Shown here in pieces: positions 16,639-26,336 of a stretch of DNA of 64,000 nt; position 1 is the first letter of the stretch; each line of letters opens with the position of its first letter. A program made the translations under genes and the position numbers. Source of the DNA: a virus (taxonomy: Duplodnaviria; Caudoviricetes); IMG/VR virus record IMGVR_UViG_3300032327_000953, positions 160,001 through 224,000 of that record. One strand, written 5' to 3'. The notes under the pieces were generated by a model, which was not told the DNA's origin, did no database searches, and saw nothing but the letters and a program-made list of their open reading frames with translations.

Positions 16639-17500
16639 AGATGTCATTGGTCAGTCTGCCGTTGTGGATCGCTTACGCATCGTTGTAGCGGGTTATAAAA
16701 ACTGTGAGGCTGCGATGCCGCACACTTTATTAGACGGCCCTCCCGGCCTTGGCAAGACCACCATAGCGAGTGCTATATCGTCAGAGATCGGAGTGAACCT
16801 TTATACGATCAATGCGGCCAATGTTAGAAGCATAAAGAACCTTCTGCCGTATTTGATGGGTATTGAACCAAGGTCTGTTCTTTTTATTGATGAAATCCAC
16901 AGACTTCCTAAAATTGTAGAAGAATTTCTATATCCAGTTATGGAAGATTTTGTTCTGAGTATCGTTATTGAGAATAAGCCAGAAACTATTCAGCTACCAG
17001 TATTTACTATGGTAGGGGCTACAACTAGTGGTGGTAGTCTTAGCCAGCCATTCTATGATAGATTCACAATTAAAGAGCATCTATCTTTTTACTCACCAGA
17101 AGAGTTAGCTAAACTAGCAGGGTTGAACGCTAAAAAGCTCGGACTAACACTTTCTGAGGATGATCTATTGGAAGTGGCAAAAAGAAGCAAGGGAACTCCA
17201 AGGATTTTGAATTCAAGACTTCAATGGTATAAGAGCTTTGTTTCATACCATAACAAAACTGATGTTATTATTGATGATGTATTCAATAGTCAGGGAATTG
17301 ATGCAAGAGGGTTGGATGTTTATGATCGTCTATATTTGGATTTATTGTCCAAGAATAAGACAAATCCACTTGGTCTAAAGAGTATTTCTTCCTTGACAGG
17401 AATTGCTATGGAGACTATTGAGAATAGTATCGAGCCGTTCCTTATTCGTATGGGTTATGTTGTTCGTACTCAAAAGGGAAGAGTTATAGGAAAGATGTGA
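16607..17500 (+). CDS. ruvB: Holliday junction branch-migration ATPase RuvB
   Basis: RP..GQ, GPPGLGKTT, FIDEIHRL, GATT, DRF, GTPR, EPFL..RT.KGR. Confidence 0.95.
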   Translation: MSQLMRPTRFEDVIGQSAVVDRLRIVVAGYKNCEAAMPHTLLDGPPGLGKTTIASAISSEIGVNLYTINAANVRSIKNLLPYLMGIEPRSVLFIDEIHRLPKIVEEFLYPVMEDFVLSIVIENKPETIQLPVFTMVGATTSGGSLSQPFYDRFTIKEHLSFYSPEELAKLAGLNAKKLGLTLSEDDLLEVAKRSKGTPRILNSRLQWYKSFVSYHNKTDVIIDDVFNSQGIDARGLDVYDRLYLDLLSKNKTNPLGLKSISSLTGIAMETIENSIEPFLIRMGYVVRTQKGRVIGKM

Positions 17501-17820
17501 TGTTTAGTATCCTAGGCTTTGGTAGATTACGATATGCTATTAGATCTCCAAGATGGAGAACAGTTAGAAAAGAATTTATTAAGAATAATAATAGCTGTGC
17601 AGCATGTGGTTCTACCAAAGACCTAGAAGTACATCATGTTATACCAGTACATATTGATGAATCAAAAGAGCTTGATATGGATAATTTAATAACCTTGTGT
17701 TCAGAATCATGTCATATATTGTTTGGTCATTTGATGGACTTTAAAAGCCACAATCCTATGGTAAGGGAAGATTGTGCTTTAATGTCCAATAAAATAAAAA
17801 CTAGACCTTATTTGGAGTAG
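17497..17820 (+). CDS. small HNH endonuclease
   Basis: CAACG..EVHHVIP..NLITLC...CH. Confidence 0.85.
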   Translation: MMFSILGFGRLRYAIRSPRWRTVRKEFIKNNNSCAACGSTKDLEVHHVIPVHIDESKELDMDNLITLCSESCHILFGHLMDFKSHNPMVREDCALMSNKIKTRPYLE

Positions 17821-17899
17821 TCTGGAATAGCATAGGCCACTTTGATTGCTCTATATTGGGTGTATAGATAGTCATATCTATATTCTAATTAGGTGACTT

Positions 17900-18643
17900 A
17901 TGTTTAAATTCTTATTAGTTTTTCTAGTATGTATTTTTGGTTCTATTTCAAATGCTGGAACCATAGATCCTAGAAAAACAGATACTCAATATATAGAATA
18001 TGGAAAGAAATTTATTCATGTTGGTAAAATATATGGTCAAGATCTAAATGATGTGCAATATAGCGGATCTTGTGTAGCCTATAGCGATAGGGTGGTGCTA
18101 ACTGCAGCACACATATTACATGATAGTAAAAATGCTGCAATCCATATTAACGATAAAGACATTAAAGTAAATAAATGGATAATCCATGAGAATTTTGAAT
18201 ATAAAAAGTTGGGCTTTAATGATATTGCAATTTGCTTTCTAGAAGAAGATATTGGCCTAGGATGGTATCCATCTCTCTATAAGAATAAAAACGAGGTGGG
18301 ACAAGTCTGCTCTTTGTCTGGTTATGGTTCTACTGGAACATTTATAACCGGCCCTAAAAAACAAGATGATATAAGAAGAGCAGGATCAAATTTAATCAGT
18401 ACAATAGAAAATGGAGTGTTGATGTGTGATCCTTCAATGGATAATACAAAAACACAATTAGAATTTTTTATATGTCCTGGTGATAGTGGGGGTGGTTTAT
18501 TTATTGATCAACAAATTGCTGGTATACACTCGTACACAATGAAATTTATACCATCAAATAAACAATTTAGTGGACATACTCGTGTAAGTAATTATGTTGA
18601 ATGGATCAATAACAAAAAACAATTACTAGAGAATAATAAATGA
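17900..18643 (+). CDS. exported trypsin-like (S1) serine protease
   Basis: Signal peptide; LTAAH, NDIAI, GDSGGG triad motifs. Confidence 0.9.
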   Translation: MFKFLLVFLVCIFGSISNAGTIDPRKTDTQYIEYGKKFIHVGKIYGQDLNDVQYSGSCVAYSDRVVLTAAHILHDSKNAAIHINDKDIKVNKWIIHENFEYKKLGFNDIAICFLEEDIGLGWYPSLYKNKNEVGQVCSLSGYGSTGTFITGPKKQDDIRRAGSNLISTIENGVLMCDPSMDNTKTQLEFFICPGDSGGGLFIDQQIAGIHSYTMKFIPSNKQFSGHTRVSNYVEWINNKKQLLENNK

Positions 18644-19581
18644 AAAAAATACTCAATAAGTTCTTTAATAAAAAGATTGGATTACTTCCATATATTAGAG
18701 AAGATATTAATAGCTTATCTACAACCAGTCCTCAAGTTCGTGGATGGGAAATAGAAAAATTTGATATTCCTAGTTTATGGTCAAAATCTCAAGGTGAAGG
18801 AGTAGTAGTTGGAGTTATTGATACTGGATGTGATTTTAATCACGAAGATATTAAAGACAATATTTTGCAGGGAATAAACTTTGTTAATCCTGGCCGCGAC
18901 CCTATGGATGTTGCTGGTCATGGTACGCATGTATCGTCAACTATTGCCGCAAGTAATAATGGTACTGGTATCGTGGGTGTTGCTCCAAAAACTAAAATAG
19001 TTCCTATCAAAGCTCTTGGTGATGATGGTAATGGCAGACTTGATCATATCGTTAAAGCTATCATTTGGGCGGCTGATCGTGGTGTTGATTTTATTAGTAT
19101 GAGTTTGGGTGCGCCAACTCCTAGTAGAGATTTAGAACAGGCTATTAATTATGCTGCCAGTAAGGGTTGTATTATTTTTTGTGCTGCTGGTAATTCTGGC
19201 CCAAATGTAGATATTATGTATCCTGCTAAATATGATCATACTATAGCCATTGGAGCTATTGACGAAAATTTAAATAGAACATCATTTACTTGTAGTGGAG
19301 ACTCATTAGACTTCTTAGCTCCCGGACATAATATTTTAGGGTGTGTCCCAGGAAATAACTATGCCATGATGAGTGGAACAAGCATGAGTAATCCATTTTT
19401 TGTGGGTTGTGCATCGCTATTATTATCTCATTTAAAGCACGAAGGACGATTAAAACCAAAAAGCACAGATGAGTACATAGATATTTTTAAAAACCATACC
19501 ATTCATTTGAGAGATAGTAAATTTGCTGGTCAGAAAAAATATGAAGGTTATGGTATTATCAATCCAAAAGGATTAGTATAA
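18640..19581 (+). CDS. subtilisin-like (S8) serine protease
   Basis: VIDTG, HGTHV, AAGN, SGTSMS. Confidence 0.92.
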   Translation: MKKILNKFFNKKIGLLPYIREDINSLSTTSPQVRGWEIEKFDIPSLWSKSQGEGVVVGVIDTGCDFNHEDIKDNILQGINFVNPGRDPMDVAGHGTHVSSTIAASNNGTGIVGVAPKTKIVPIKALGDDGNGRLDHIVKAIIWAADRGVDFISMSLGAPTPSRDLEQAINYAASKGCIIFCAAGNSGPNVDIMYPAKYDHTIAIGAIDENLNRTSFTCSGDSLDFLAPGHNILGCVPGNNYAMMSGTSMSNPFFVGCASLLLSHLKHEGRLKPKSTDEYIDIFKNHTIHLRDSKFAGQKKYEGYGIINPKGLV

Positions 19582-19928
19582 TGAGTTTAGATATATTTTT
19601 GCTCATTATAAGTCATACAGTTTTTCTCTTGCTAGGATACTTTGCCCATTCTGCAATACATAAACACACATCAAATAATCATATTAATACTTTTGGAATT
19701 CAACAAGTATCTGCTCCTAGAAAAAAATCAGAACCATCAGTAGAAACAACTGAGAAAATAAGAAAGATACATATAGATACAAGCAAAGTTGTTGTAAATG
19801 ATCTTGATAATGAATTTGAAAAACATTTTGATACATTTGGCAATATAAAAACAGAAAAAGATAATATCGAAGAAGTAGTAAATAAATTAGCTCAACTTAA
19901 AAAGAATAATGGAGGCAATAATGGCTAA
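19581..19928 (+). CDS. single-pass membrane protein
   Basis: N-terminal TM helix, charged C-terminus. Confidence 0.65.
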   Translation: MSLDIFLLIISHTVFLLLGYFAHSAIHKHTSNNHINTFGIQQVSAPRKKSEPSVETTEKIRKIHIDTSKVVVNDLDNEFEKHFDTFGNIKTEKDNIEEVVNKLAQLKKNNGGNNG

Positions 19929-20937
19929 AGGTTTAGACGTAGGCACATCATATATTGTTATGGCAAATCATCTAGATAAAAATGATACATTAACAGCAAT
20001 GAATTATGTAGATTTTAGAGATGCTTTTTATGTTCTTAAACCAACTAGCGCTATAGCTAAAAGTATGATGGAAAAAGGATTGGCTGGTAAAGTATTCGTA
20101 AAAGATACAGATGACTCTTTTATTCTATTAGGTCAAGATGCTATAGATAAGGCTCTTGAAAGAAATGAGAGTGCAAGTAGACCAATGTTCAGGGGAATTA
20201 TATCAGCCAAAGAAAAAAATGCTAAAAAAGTTTTGGCATTTATCATAGGTCAGGCAGTTGGTCAAGCATCAGAAGCTAATGAAAAAATAGTATTCTCAAT
20301 TCCAGCACAACCAATTGATCAAGAAGATGATGATTTTGATGTTGGATATCATGAAGATGTTATTAATACTATTCTAACAAAATTAGGTTATAAATCTAAA
20401 GCTATTAATGAAGCTGAAGCTTTATGTTATTCTGAGTTAACCGAATCTAATTATACTGGTATCGGATTATCTTGGGGTGCCGGTATGGTTAATGTTTGTA
20501 TCATGTTAAATGGAGAACCGATCTCAGTGTTCTCAACAACCAAATCTGGGGACTGGATTGATAGAATGGCTGCTTCTGCCACTGGAGAAACAGATACGGT
20601 TATTCAGTATGAGAAAGAGAATGGTAGTTTTATAATTGGGGAGTCTAATGATAATCCAATTCTGTCGGCAGTCTCGGCCTATTATCAGAGACTAATTGAT
20701 TATACTACCAAGTATTTAGAAGTTGCAATTAGTGAGCATAAATTATTGTCTAAATTTAAAGATCCTCTAAATATTGTTGTTGGTGGAGGAACTACTCAAG
20801 CTAAAGGATTTGTAGAAGAGTTTGAGAAGAAATTGAAAGAAAATAATTTTCCACTCAAAATTAAAGCTGTATCCAAAGCAAAAGATCCTCTTCATGCCGT
20901 TGCAAGAGGATGTTATATAGCAGCTAAAATACTGTAA
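19921..20937 (+). CDS. actin-fold ATPase, volactin/MamK-like
   Basis: GLDVGTS (phosphate 1), AINEAEA (connect 1), SWGAGMVN (phosphate 2), VGGGT (adenosine), DPLHAVARG (connect 2). Confidence 0.8.
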   Translation: MAKGLDVGTSYIVMANHLDKNDTLTAMNYVDFRDAFYVLKPTSAIAKSMMEKGLAGKVFVKDTDDSFILLGQDAIDKALERNESASRPMFRGIISAKEKNAKKVLAFIIGQAVGQASEANEKIVFSIPAQPIDQEDDDFDVGYHEDVINTILTKLGYKSKAINEAEALCYSELTESNYTGIGLSWGAGMVNVCIMLNGEPISVFSTTKSGDWIDRMAASATGETDTVIQYEKENGSFIIGESNDNPILSAVSAYYQRLIDYTTKYLEVAISEHKLLSKFKDPLNIVVGGGTTQAKGFVEEFEKKLKENNFPLKIKAVSKAKDPLHAVARGCYIAAKIL

Positions 20938-21584
20938 TGAATTTATTTGGTGGGTCTTTACATCCAGATTTTTTAGATTCCAGATACATAGAGTATGCTG
21001 AGTGGATACCTATTGTAAAGATTATCACAAATAGCAGTTATTGTAGTGGAACCATTATTAGTAATAGATTTATTTTAACTATTAAACATGCTATTGAATA
21101 TGAATCAAAGCTTGAAATCATATTTGATAATCAAATTTTAAAGTATGAGAAAGTTATTATTCATCCTAAAATGGATATTTCTATTATAGAACTAAAAAAA
21201 TCAGTTAAAACTACTAATCTTGAATTCTATGAAAGCTCTGATCTGATAGGAAAGATGTGTGTTATAGGTGGGTATGGTATTTGTAAGAAGCTTGGAAAAG
21301 AACCAAAACTAGATGGCTATAAAAGGGCTGGTAACAATATCATAGTCTGGGAGAACTCAGACCTCTTTGAATGTTGCATGGATGGGTTGAATCCTATTGA
21401 TCTTGAGTTTATATCCACCCCAGGTGATAGTGGAGGCCCAGTTTTAATTAATAATCAACTGGCTGGAGTAAATCAGTATGTTAAAGCTGATGACAACAAT
21501 CCAGATAGTAGCGTTGGGGATAGGTCAGGACATATTAAGATATCTAGTATAAAAAACTGGATAGACAAATATATCAACAGTTAA
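20937..21584 (+). CDS. second trypsin-like (S1) serine protease
   Basis: LTIKH, DISII, GDSGGP. Confidence 0.85.
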   Translation: MNLFGGSLHPDFLDSRYIEYAEWIPIVKIITNSSYCSGTIISNRFILTIKHAIEYESKLEIIFDNQILKYEKVIIHPKMDISIIELKKSVKTTNLEFYESSDLIGKMCVIGGYGICKKLGKEPKLDGYKRAGNNIIVWENSDLFECCMDGLNPIDLEFISTPGDSGGPVLINNQLAGVNQYVKADDNNPDSSVGDRSGHIKISSIKNWIDKYINS

Positions 21585-22491
21585 GTTCTTCAAGTATCTT
21601 ATAGAAACTTTTGCTTTTGGATAGAACTTCACTTTCTTTTCCTTCATATAAGTTAGCAATATTATCCTCATGCCACCATAAATCAAAGAATATGCTTTGG
21701 AAAAGTTCAGGATGATTATAGTATAATGCTGTCATAATTTGTTCTTCACTATATAATTCTATCTCTTGATCTAATAATGACATGAGTAGATCTAAAAATT
21801 TATTGCATATATTATTTACTATTGATTTTTGTCCACCAAAGAACCCACCAATAATATGATGATCTCTACATAAATTAGTATAGTATGTATCTGGTATGGT
21901 TTGACTCCAGAAAAAATCAGTATTGTTTTTAGCAATAACAAAGAATTTATCTTTTGTATACTCTATTAAACACTTTAAGAAATTATTATTATACAGATGA
22001 GAGTTGAAGTATTTATCATAGTAAGTATTTCCAATGATATTCAAATGTTTATCTGGAATCAGTCCTGAGTAGGATAATCCAGCATCGAACCAGTAAATAT
22101 AATCAGTATTATTTTTAGGCAAGTGATTTAATAGCCAATAAATTTTAAGATACTGAAGCTCAAAGCATCTAAATGATTTTTTCATATCATCTAAATTTTT
22201 TAGTTTCTGAATTTTTTCCTTATGAGGAGTAGCATTTAGATCAAAAGGAATAAGAGTAATATCTGTTGGGCTATCTCCATTTTCTTTTAAATATGTATTT
22301 AATTTATCAATTTCATTAGTATATACAATAAATTTAGCATCAGACATTCTAGATAATGTTTTTAAACTAGAATAATAATGAACTTCTCTAGATGGTCTAC
22401 CACCATAATCTGTGCCATGTAAATGATTAAATATTGCACTAACTATCGTTATTGACATTAGTTTAAAGTGCCTTCTATAATTGGACACCAA
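21574..22491 (-). CDS. HtrL/YibB-like protein (putative glycosyltransferase)
   Basis: YWFDAG, GGFFGG, SEEQIM; similar to the N-half of 24353-25993. Confidence 0.6.
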   Translation of the reverse strand: MVSNYRRHFKLMSITIVSAIFNHLHGTDYGGRPSREVHYYSSLKTLSRMSDAKFIVYTNEIDKLNTYLKENGDSPTDITLIPFDLNATPHKEKIQKLKNLDDMKKSFRCFELQYLKIYWLLNHLPKNNTDYIYWFDAGLSYSGLIPDKHLNIIGNTYYDKYFNSHLYNNNFLKCLIEYTKDKFFVIAKNNTDFFWSQTIPDTYYTNLCRDHHIIGGFFGGQKSIVNNICNKFLDLLMSLLDQEIELYSEEQIMTALYYNHPELFQSIFFDLWWHEDNIANLYEGKESEVLSKSKSFYKILEELNC

Positions 22492-23732
22492 CCCTTGCTA
22501 ACACTGTGGGGCCAGACAACCCACTTCTTTGGAAGAACTTTAGTCTGGAACTCTCTCCATACCTTACAATATCCATCTGGATCATTTTTCATTCTGGCTA
22601 TTTCATCAGGAGTCGCATCTAGTCTATATAGATCATTTTCTTTCTCATCTTTAAATGCAACACACCAGAAATCATAATCTGTTTCAGGTACCTGGGAATA
22701 TCCGATGTCTATACAATGTTTGAAAATATTCAATAAAGAATTTTCCCATTGATCATCTGGAACTTCAGAGTTGGGTGGTTCTTTATGCTCTAATGTTTCT
22801 TGCTGTATTGCTCTATCTTTAAAACTAATTCCAGCATACTTTTCAAAATCATGTAAAGATCTAACATTACCAAATCCATACATACCCATATCTATTTGTT
22901 CTTCATTGTCCATACCAAATAGTTGCCTATTCATTTTATGAGCTTTATTATTTTTGGCGACCCATTCTTTGTCGTCATCCCACTGTTTAGATCGACCCTT
23001 CCTTGTATACTCATGCCAACATACAACCTTGTGAGGGTGATATAGATCGTAGCCGTGGGTATATGCTCGGACACCGACACTAATTTCTTCCCCATGAAAG
23101 TAATAGTCTGGGTTATGCTGGACCTCTTTGGAAAATTCTCCAACAGTAAAAGCAAAATGAGCACTATAAAATCTAGCTCTTAAAGGTCTATCCTTAGCAT
23201 TGAATCCGTCGAATGATGCTGGCAGAAAGAAGATTGCTCCTTCTGGAATGAATCTATCAAAATTCATTTTCCATGGTTCTTGGACTCTTGCTGCTGGATC
23301 ATTATCTGGGTCAAAACTTGGGATATATGCTGTAAGTAATGGCTTAGGGCTTCCATTCTTCTGAAGATCCACTATCATATCAATTAAAGTAGTATCCCAT
23401 CCTGGCGCAAATCTATGATGAGAGTCTATTTGTAATGTATATTTTTCATCAACATAAAGTTGTTGTACAGCATTTCTGGCCCAGCAAACACCCTTTGATT
23501 CTAGATAATCAATATCTATAATTCTGAATCTATCATCATTTTGATATTCATTTAGATTATCCCAAGCATCTTCTTTGTTATGCTGCCAAGCTATTCCTAT
23601 CCTAAGATTCTCTGGGTGGTCAGCTTTTTCAAGCATGTCTTTCAAAGTTGGCAATAATTGAGGGTCTCTATAAGAAGCTATCTGTACAAATATAGTTGAA
23701 GTATTCTTTTTCTTGCCCTTAGACTTTTTCAT
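22458..23732 (-). CDS. GlcNAc-transferase of the Skp1-hydroxyproline GlcNAc-T type
   Basis: IFVQIASYRDP, GVCWAR, LQIDSHHRF..WD, FHGEEI motifs. Confidence 0.75.
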   Translation of the reverse strand: MKKSKGKKKNTSTIFVQIASYRDPQLLPTLKDMLEKADHPENLRIGIAWQHNKEDAWDNLNEYQNDDRFRIIDIDYLESKGVCWARNAVQQLYVDEKYTLQIDSHHRFAPGWDTTLIDMIVDLQKNGSPKPLLTAYIPSFDPDNDPAARVQEPWKMNFDRFIPEGAIFFLPASFDGFNAKDRPLRARFYSAHFAFTVGEFSKEVQHNPDYYFHGEEISVGVRAYTHGYDLYHPHKVVCWHEYTRKGRSKQWDDDKEWVAKNNKAHKMNRQLFGMDNEEQIDMGMYGFGNVRSLHDFEKYAGISFKDRAIQQETLEHKEPPNSEVPDDQWENSLLNIFKHCIDIGYSQVPETDYDFWCVAFKDEKENDLYRLDATPDEIARMKNDPDGYCKVWREFQTKVLPKKWVVWPHSVSKGWCPIIEGTLN

Positions 23733-24353
23733 TTATTCAGATTCCTTATTTAAGTTTACAATTTTTCTATGACTATATTGTTCTGTCAATTTAGAGATTT
23801 CTTCGTCTGGTAAATCAACTAGATATAGATTTTCTTTATTATTATCGTTAGTATTTCTGATATAAATACCATAATCATATCTTATACAAAAAGGAATTAG
23901 ACCTTCGTACATTGATAAGAATTTTTCATTTGTTAGATCGTTTTGAATATGTATCTCATACTCATTTCCCATCACTGGTCCTTGTGAGGCTTGAAATGGT
24001 ACGGCAATTAATAATTCACAATGTTTTAATCTATCTAGAACCTTTAAAGAATCAGCATAGAACATATGTTCAACAACATCGCCAAGAATAGCAAAAGTAT
24101 AATCATTTAAATAGATATCACTAGTAATGATATTATCAATATAAACTGATCTATATTTTAGTTTTAATTGATATCCATCAACATAATTTTGAAAAACTTC
24201 GATAGCATCAATATTTTCATAACCTAATGGCCTTAACATATCAGCATATGTGCCTAGACCAGCACCAATATCAATAATATTAGCTGACTTATCAATGCGT
24301 CTTACTATATAATCTTTAGTTTGTTCTTTAAAAATTGGCGTACTAGTTGGCAT
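23733..24353 (-). CDS. class I SAM-dependent methyltransferase
   Basis: IIDIGAGLG, DAIEVF, GDVVEH. Confidence 0.85.
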   Translation of the reverse strand: MPTSTPIFKEQTKDYIVRRIDKSANIIDIGAGLGTYADMLRPLGYENIDAIEVFQNYVDGYQLKLKYRSVYIDNIITSDIYLNDYTFAILGDVVEHMFYADSLKVLDRLKHCELLIAVPFQASQGPVMGNEYEIHIQNDLTNEKFLSMYEGLIPFCIRYDYGIYIRNTNDNNKENLYLVDLPDEEISKLTEQYSHRKIVNLNKESE

Positions 24354-25993
24354 TAGTTCTCCTTACGTTCTTTATCACCATAAAAATAAACTCTATTATG
24401 TGTTATTGGACTAGCTAAAAGAATAGCTGGTTTAACTTCTTCATTTTTGGTTAAAGTATAGATGTGACTCATCCATGTTTGTTCATAAGGATATTGCCAC
24501 TTAGTATCAAGAAACATTTTTTTATTGCCTTCTTGGGTTACTATCTGTGGCCAATTAGAATAAAAGATTTCTCCTTCGGCATATGGTATCTTTTCAAAAG
24601 TTTTTATATTTGTGAATTTAGTAAATGGTTTTTTATTGATCGATCCAAAATATTCTTCTTTTCTTGGATTGGGAACATTATGCCATGCCCACTGCTCTCC
24701 ATTATGACCATAAAATTCACTAAAAGTTAATTTGAGATAATCATAGTATTCTTTATTCATTAATTTAATAATGTTCTCATAAAAATTAGGAACTAGTTTA
24801 TTAAATCCAAAATTACATTTCATATTAGATAAATCTAACAACATATCATCTTCAAAAAACATCATATACTTAGCGCCAGACTCTTCAAAATGTTCGGCAG
24901 CAAATTGTCTTGCTCCACAAACTCCAAGATTGCCCTTCTTAATCTGTGTAAAGTTATGTTTATCGGCTATTAAATCATATTGAGGCATTAATGTATCAAC
25001 AGTGCTATTGTTGATCAAATAAATTTTTGTTGCAGAAAGGAATCTATTGTCGTGGGTCTCAAATGAACTAATTAATAGTTTCAACTGCTCTGGAGTATTA
25101 AACGTATTAATATACAGGATAACGTCATCATTTTTGTATGATTTGAGTGGTTTATTTGCTTCTATATCATAGTTTTTAAGATATTCAAAGAATGTACCAA
25201 GAAGACCATTATCCTCAATCATCTTTATTTCGTATGTTTCTGGGTCATTGTAGGTCATTAGAGTAAATATGCTCTCTTCAGTACCCATGTATCCCATTTC
25301 TAATGAATCTTTTAATAGATTATAGTATAGTTCATTAGCTTGAGAAATAAAATCAACATGACCTCCAAAGAAACCACCTCTTGCAACTCTATTAACTTTT
25401 TCTTTGGCAAATTTATTCATTCCTTCGATATTAAAGCCATGTATTTCTGACGTTGTTTCGTATGGAAAACAAATGAATAGAAATTTATTGACAATATATT
25501 TGATTTTTTCTAATACATTATCATGACTAAAATAACCAGGATGTATGGTATTTGTTATTCCTCCATCAATCCAGAAATAATAATTGTCATTAAATGGATT
25601 AAAACACTTAGCATTATGAAGTAAGAACATTTTACTCATAACCATAGGATTATACCACTCTAAACATCCTTGGGTACTATCTTTTAACCACCCAACTTGA
25701 TCAAACCATTCTGGACTAGTCCTAATAGATTGAATTTTATCAAAAAATGGGAAAAAACTACCCTTAAAATTCTCTTTTGGATGATGTATAATTCTTGTAT
25801 TGTGTTTTTCTCTTATCTCCCATATCATACTTTCTAAGCTTGGATCAACAAAAATACACATATTAGTGTCTTTTGCAGAGATTAGCAGCTTCTTAAAGTT
25901 TTCTATGTAGTGATCAAATGATCTACTCCACCCATCAGAGGCAGATTCCCTCTTGAGATCCCATATACCAGTAACTAGTGTAATGTCATGCAT
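24353..25993 (-). CDS. HtrL-like domain fused to a GT-A glycosyltransferase domain
   Basis: WIDGG, GGFFGG, TEESIF; C-terminal NLGVCGAR..FFEDD. Confidence 0.65.
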   Translation of the reverse strand: MHDITLVTGIWDLKRESASDGWSRSFDHYIENFKKLLISAKDTNMCIFVDPSLESMIWEIREKHNTRIIHHPKENFKGSFFPFFDKIQSIRTSPEWFDQVGWLKDSTQGCLEWYNPMVMSKMFLLHNAKCFNPFNDNYYFWIDGGITNTIHPGYFSHDNVLEKIKYIVNKFLFICFPYETTSEIHGFNIEGMNKFAKEKVNRVARGGFFGGHVDFISQANELYYNLLKDSLEMGYMGTEESIFTLMTYNDPETYEIKMIEDNGLLGTFFEYLKNYDIEANKPLKSYKNDDVILYINTFNTPEQLKLLISSFETHDNRFLSATKIYLINNSTVDTLMPQYDLIADKHNFTQIKKGNLGVCGARQFAAEHFEESGAKYMMFFEDDMLLDLSNMKCNFGFNKLVPNFYENIIKLMNKEYYDYLKLTFSEFYGHNGEQWAWHNVPNPRKEEYFGSINKKPFTKFTNIKTFEKIPYAEGEIFYSNWPQIVTQEGNKKMFLDTKWQYPYEQTWMSHIYTLTKNEEVKPAILLASPITHNRVYFYGDKERKEN

Positions 25994-26081
25994 TGTATTA
26001 AGAGATTATAAGTCACGGACCTGCATAATAATTAGTACTTACCACTATTGAGGTCAAGTTTAGAAAATTTTGTTTTTCAAC

Positions 26082-26109
26082 TTGACACGAAACTGGGTTT
26101 GGTGATAAT
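26082..26109 (+). promoter_or_regulatory. probable sigma70-type promoter
   Basis: TTGACA-16 nt-GATAAT in the divergent intergenic region. Confidence 0.55.
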
Positions 26110-26141
26110 AATGTCAAGTCAGTTTTTGAGCGAGAACCGAA

Positions 26142-26336
26142 ATGTTTGATGAAAATAAAAAAGAAAATCGAAGAAAAAATTTAAATACCAAAAAGAAGAA
26201 GGACAACTCAAAGAAACGTTTTCAAGATTTTAGTGAAGACGCATCTTTTGGGGATGGCCATAATATTAGATATCAAAAGAATAATATTAAGGCAGATGAA
26301 ATATGGGAAGAATGGAATAATAGAGAAGAAGAATAA
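26142..26336 (+). CDS. small charged protein
   Basis: ORF track. Confidence 0.55.
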   Translation: MFDENKKENRRKNLNTKKKKDNSKKRFQDFSEDASFGDGHNIRYQKNNIKADEIWEEWNNREEE

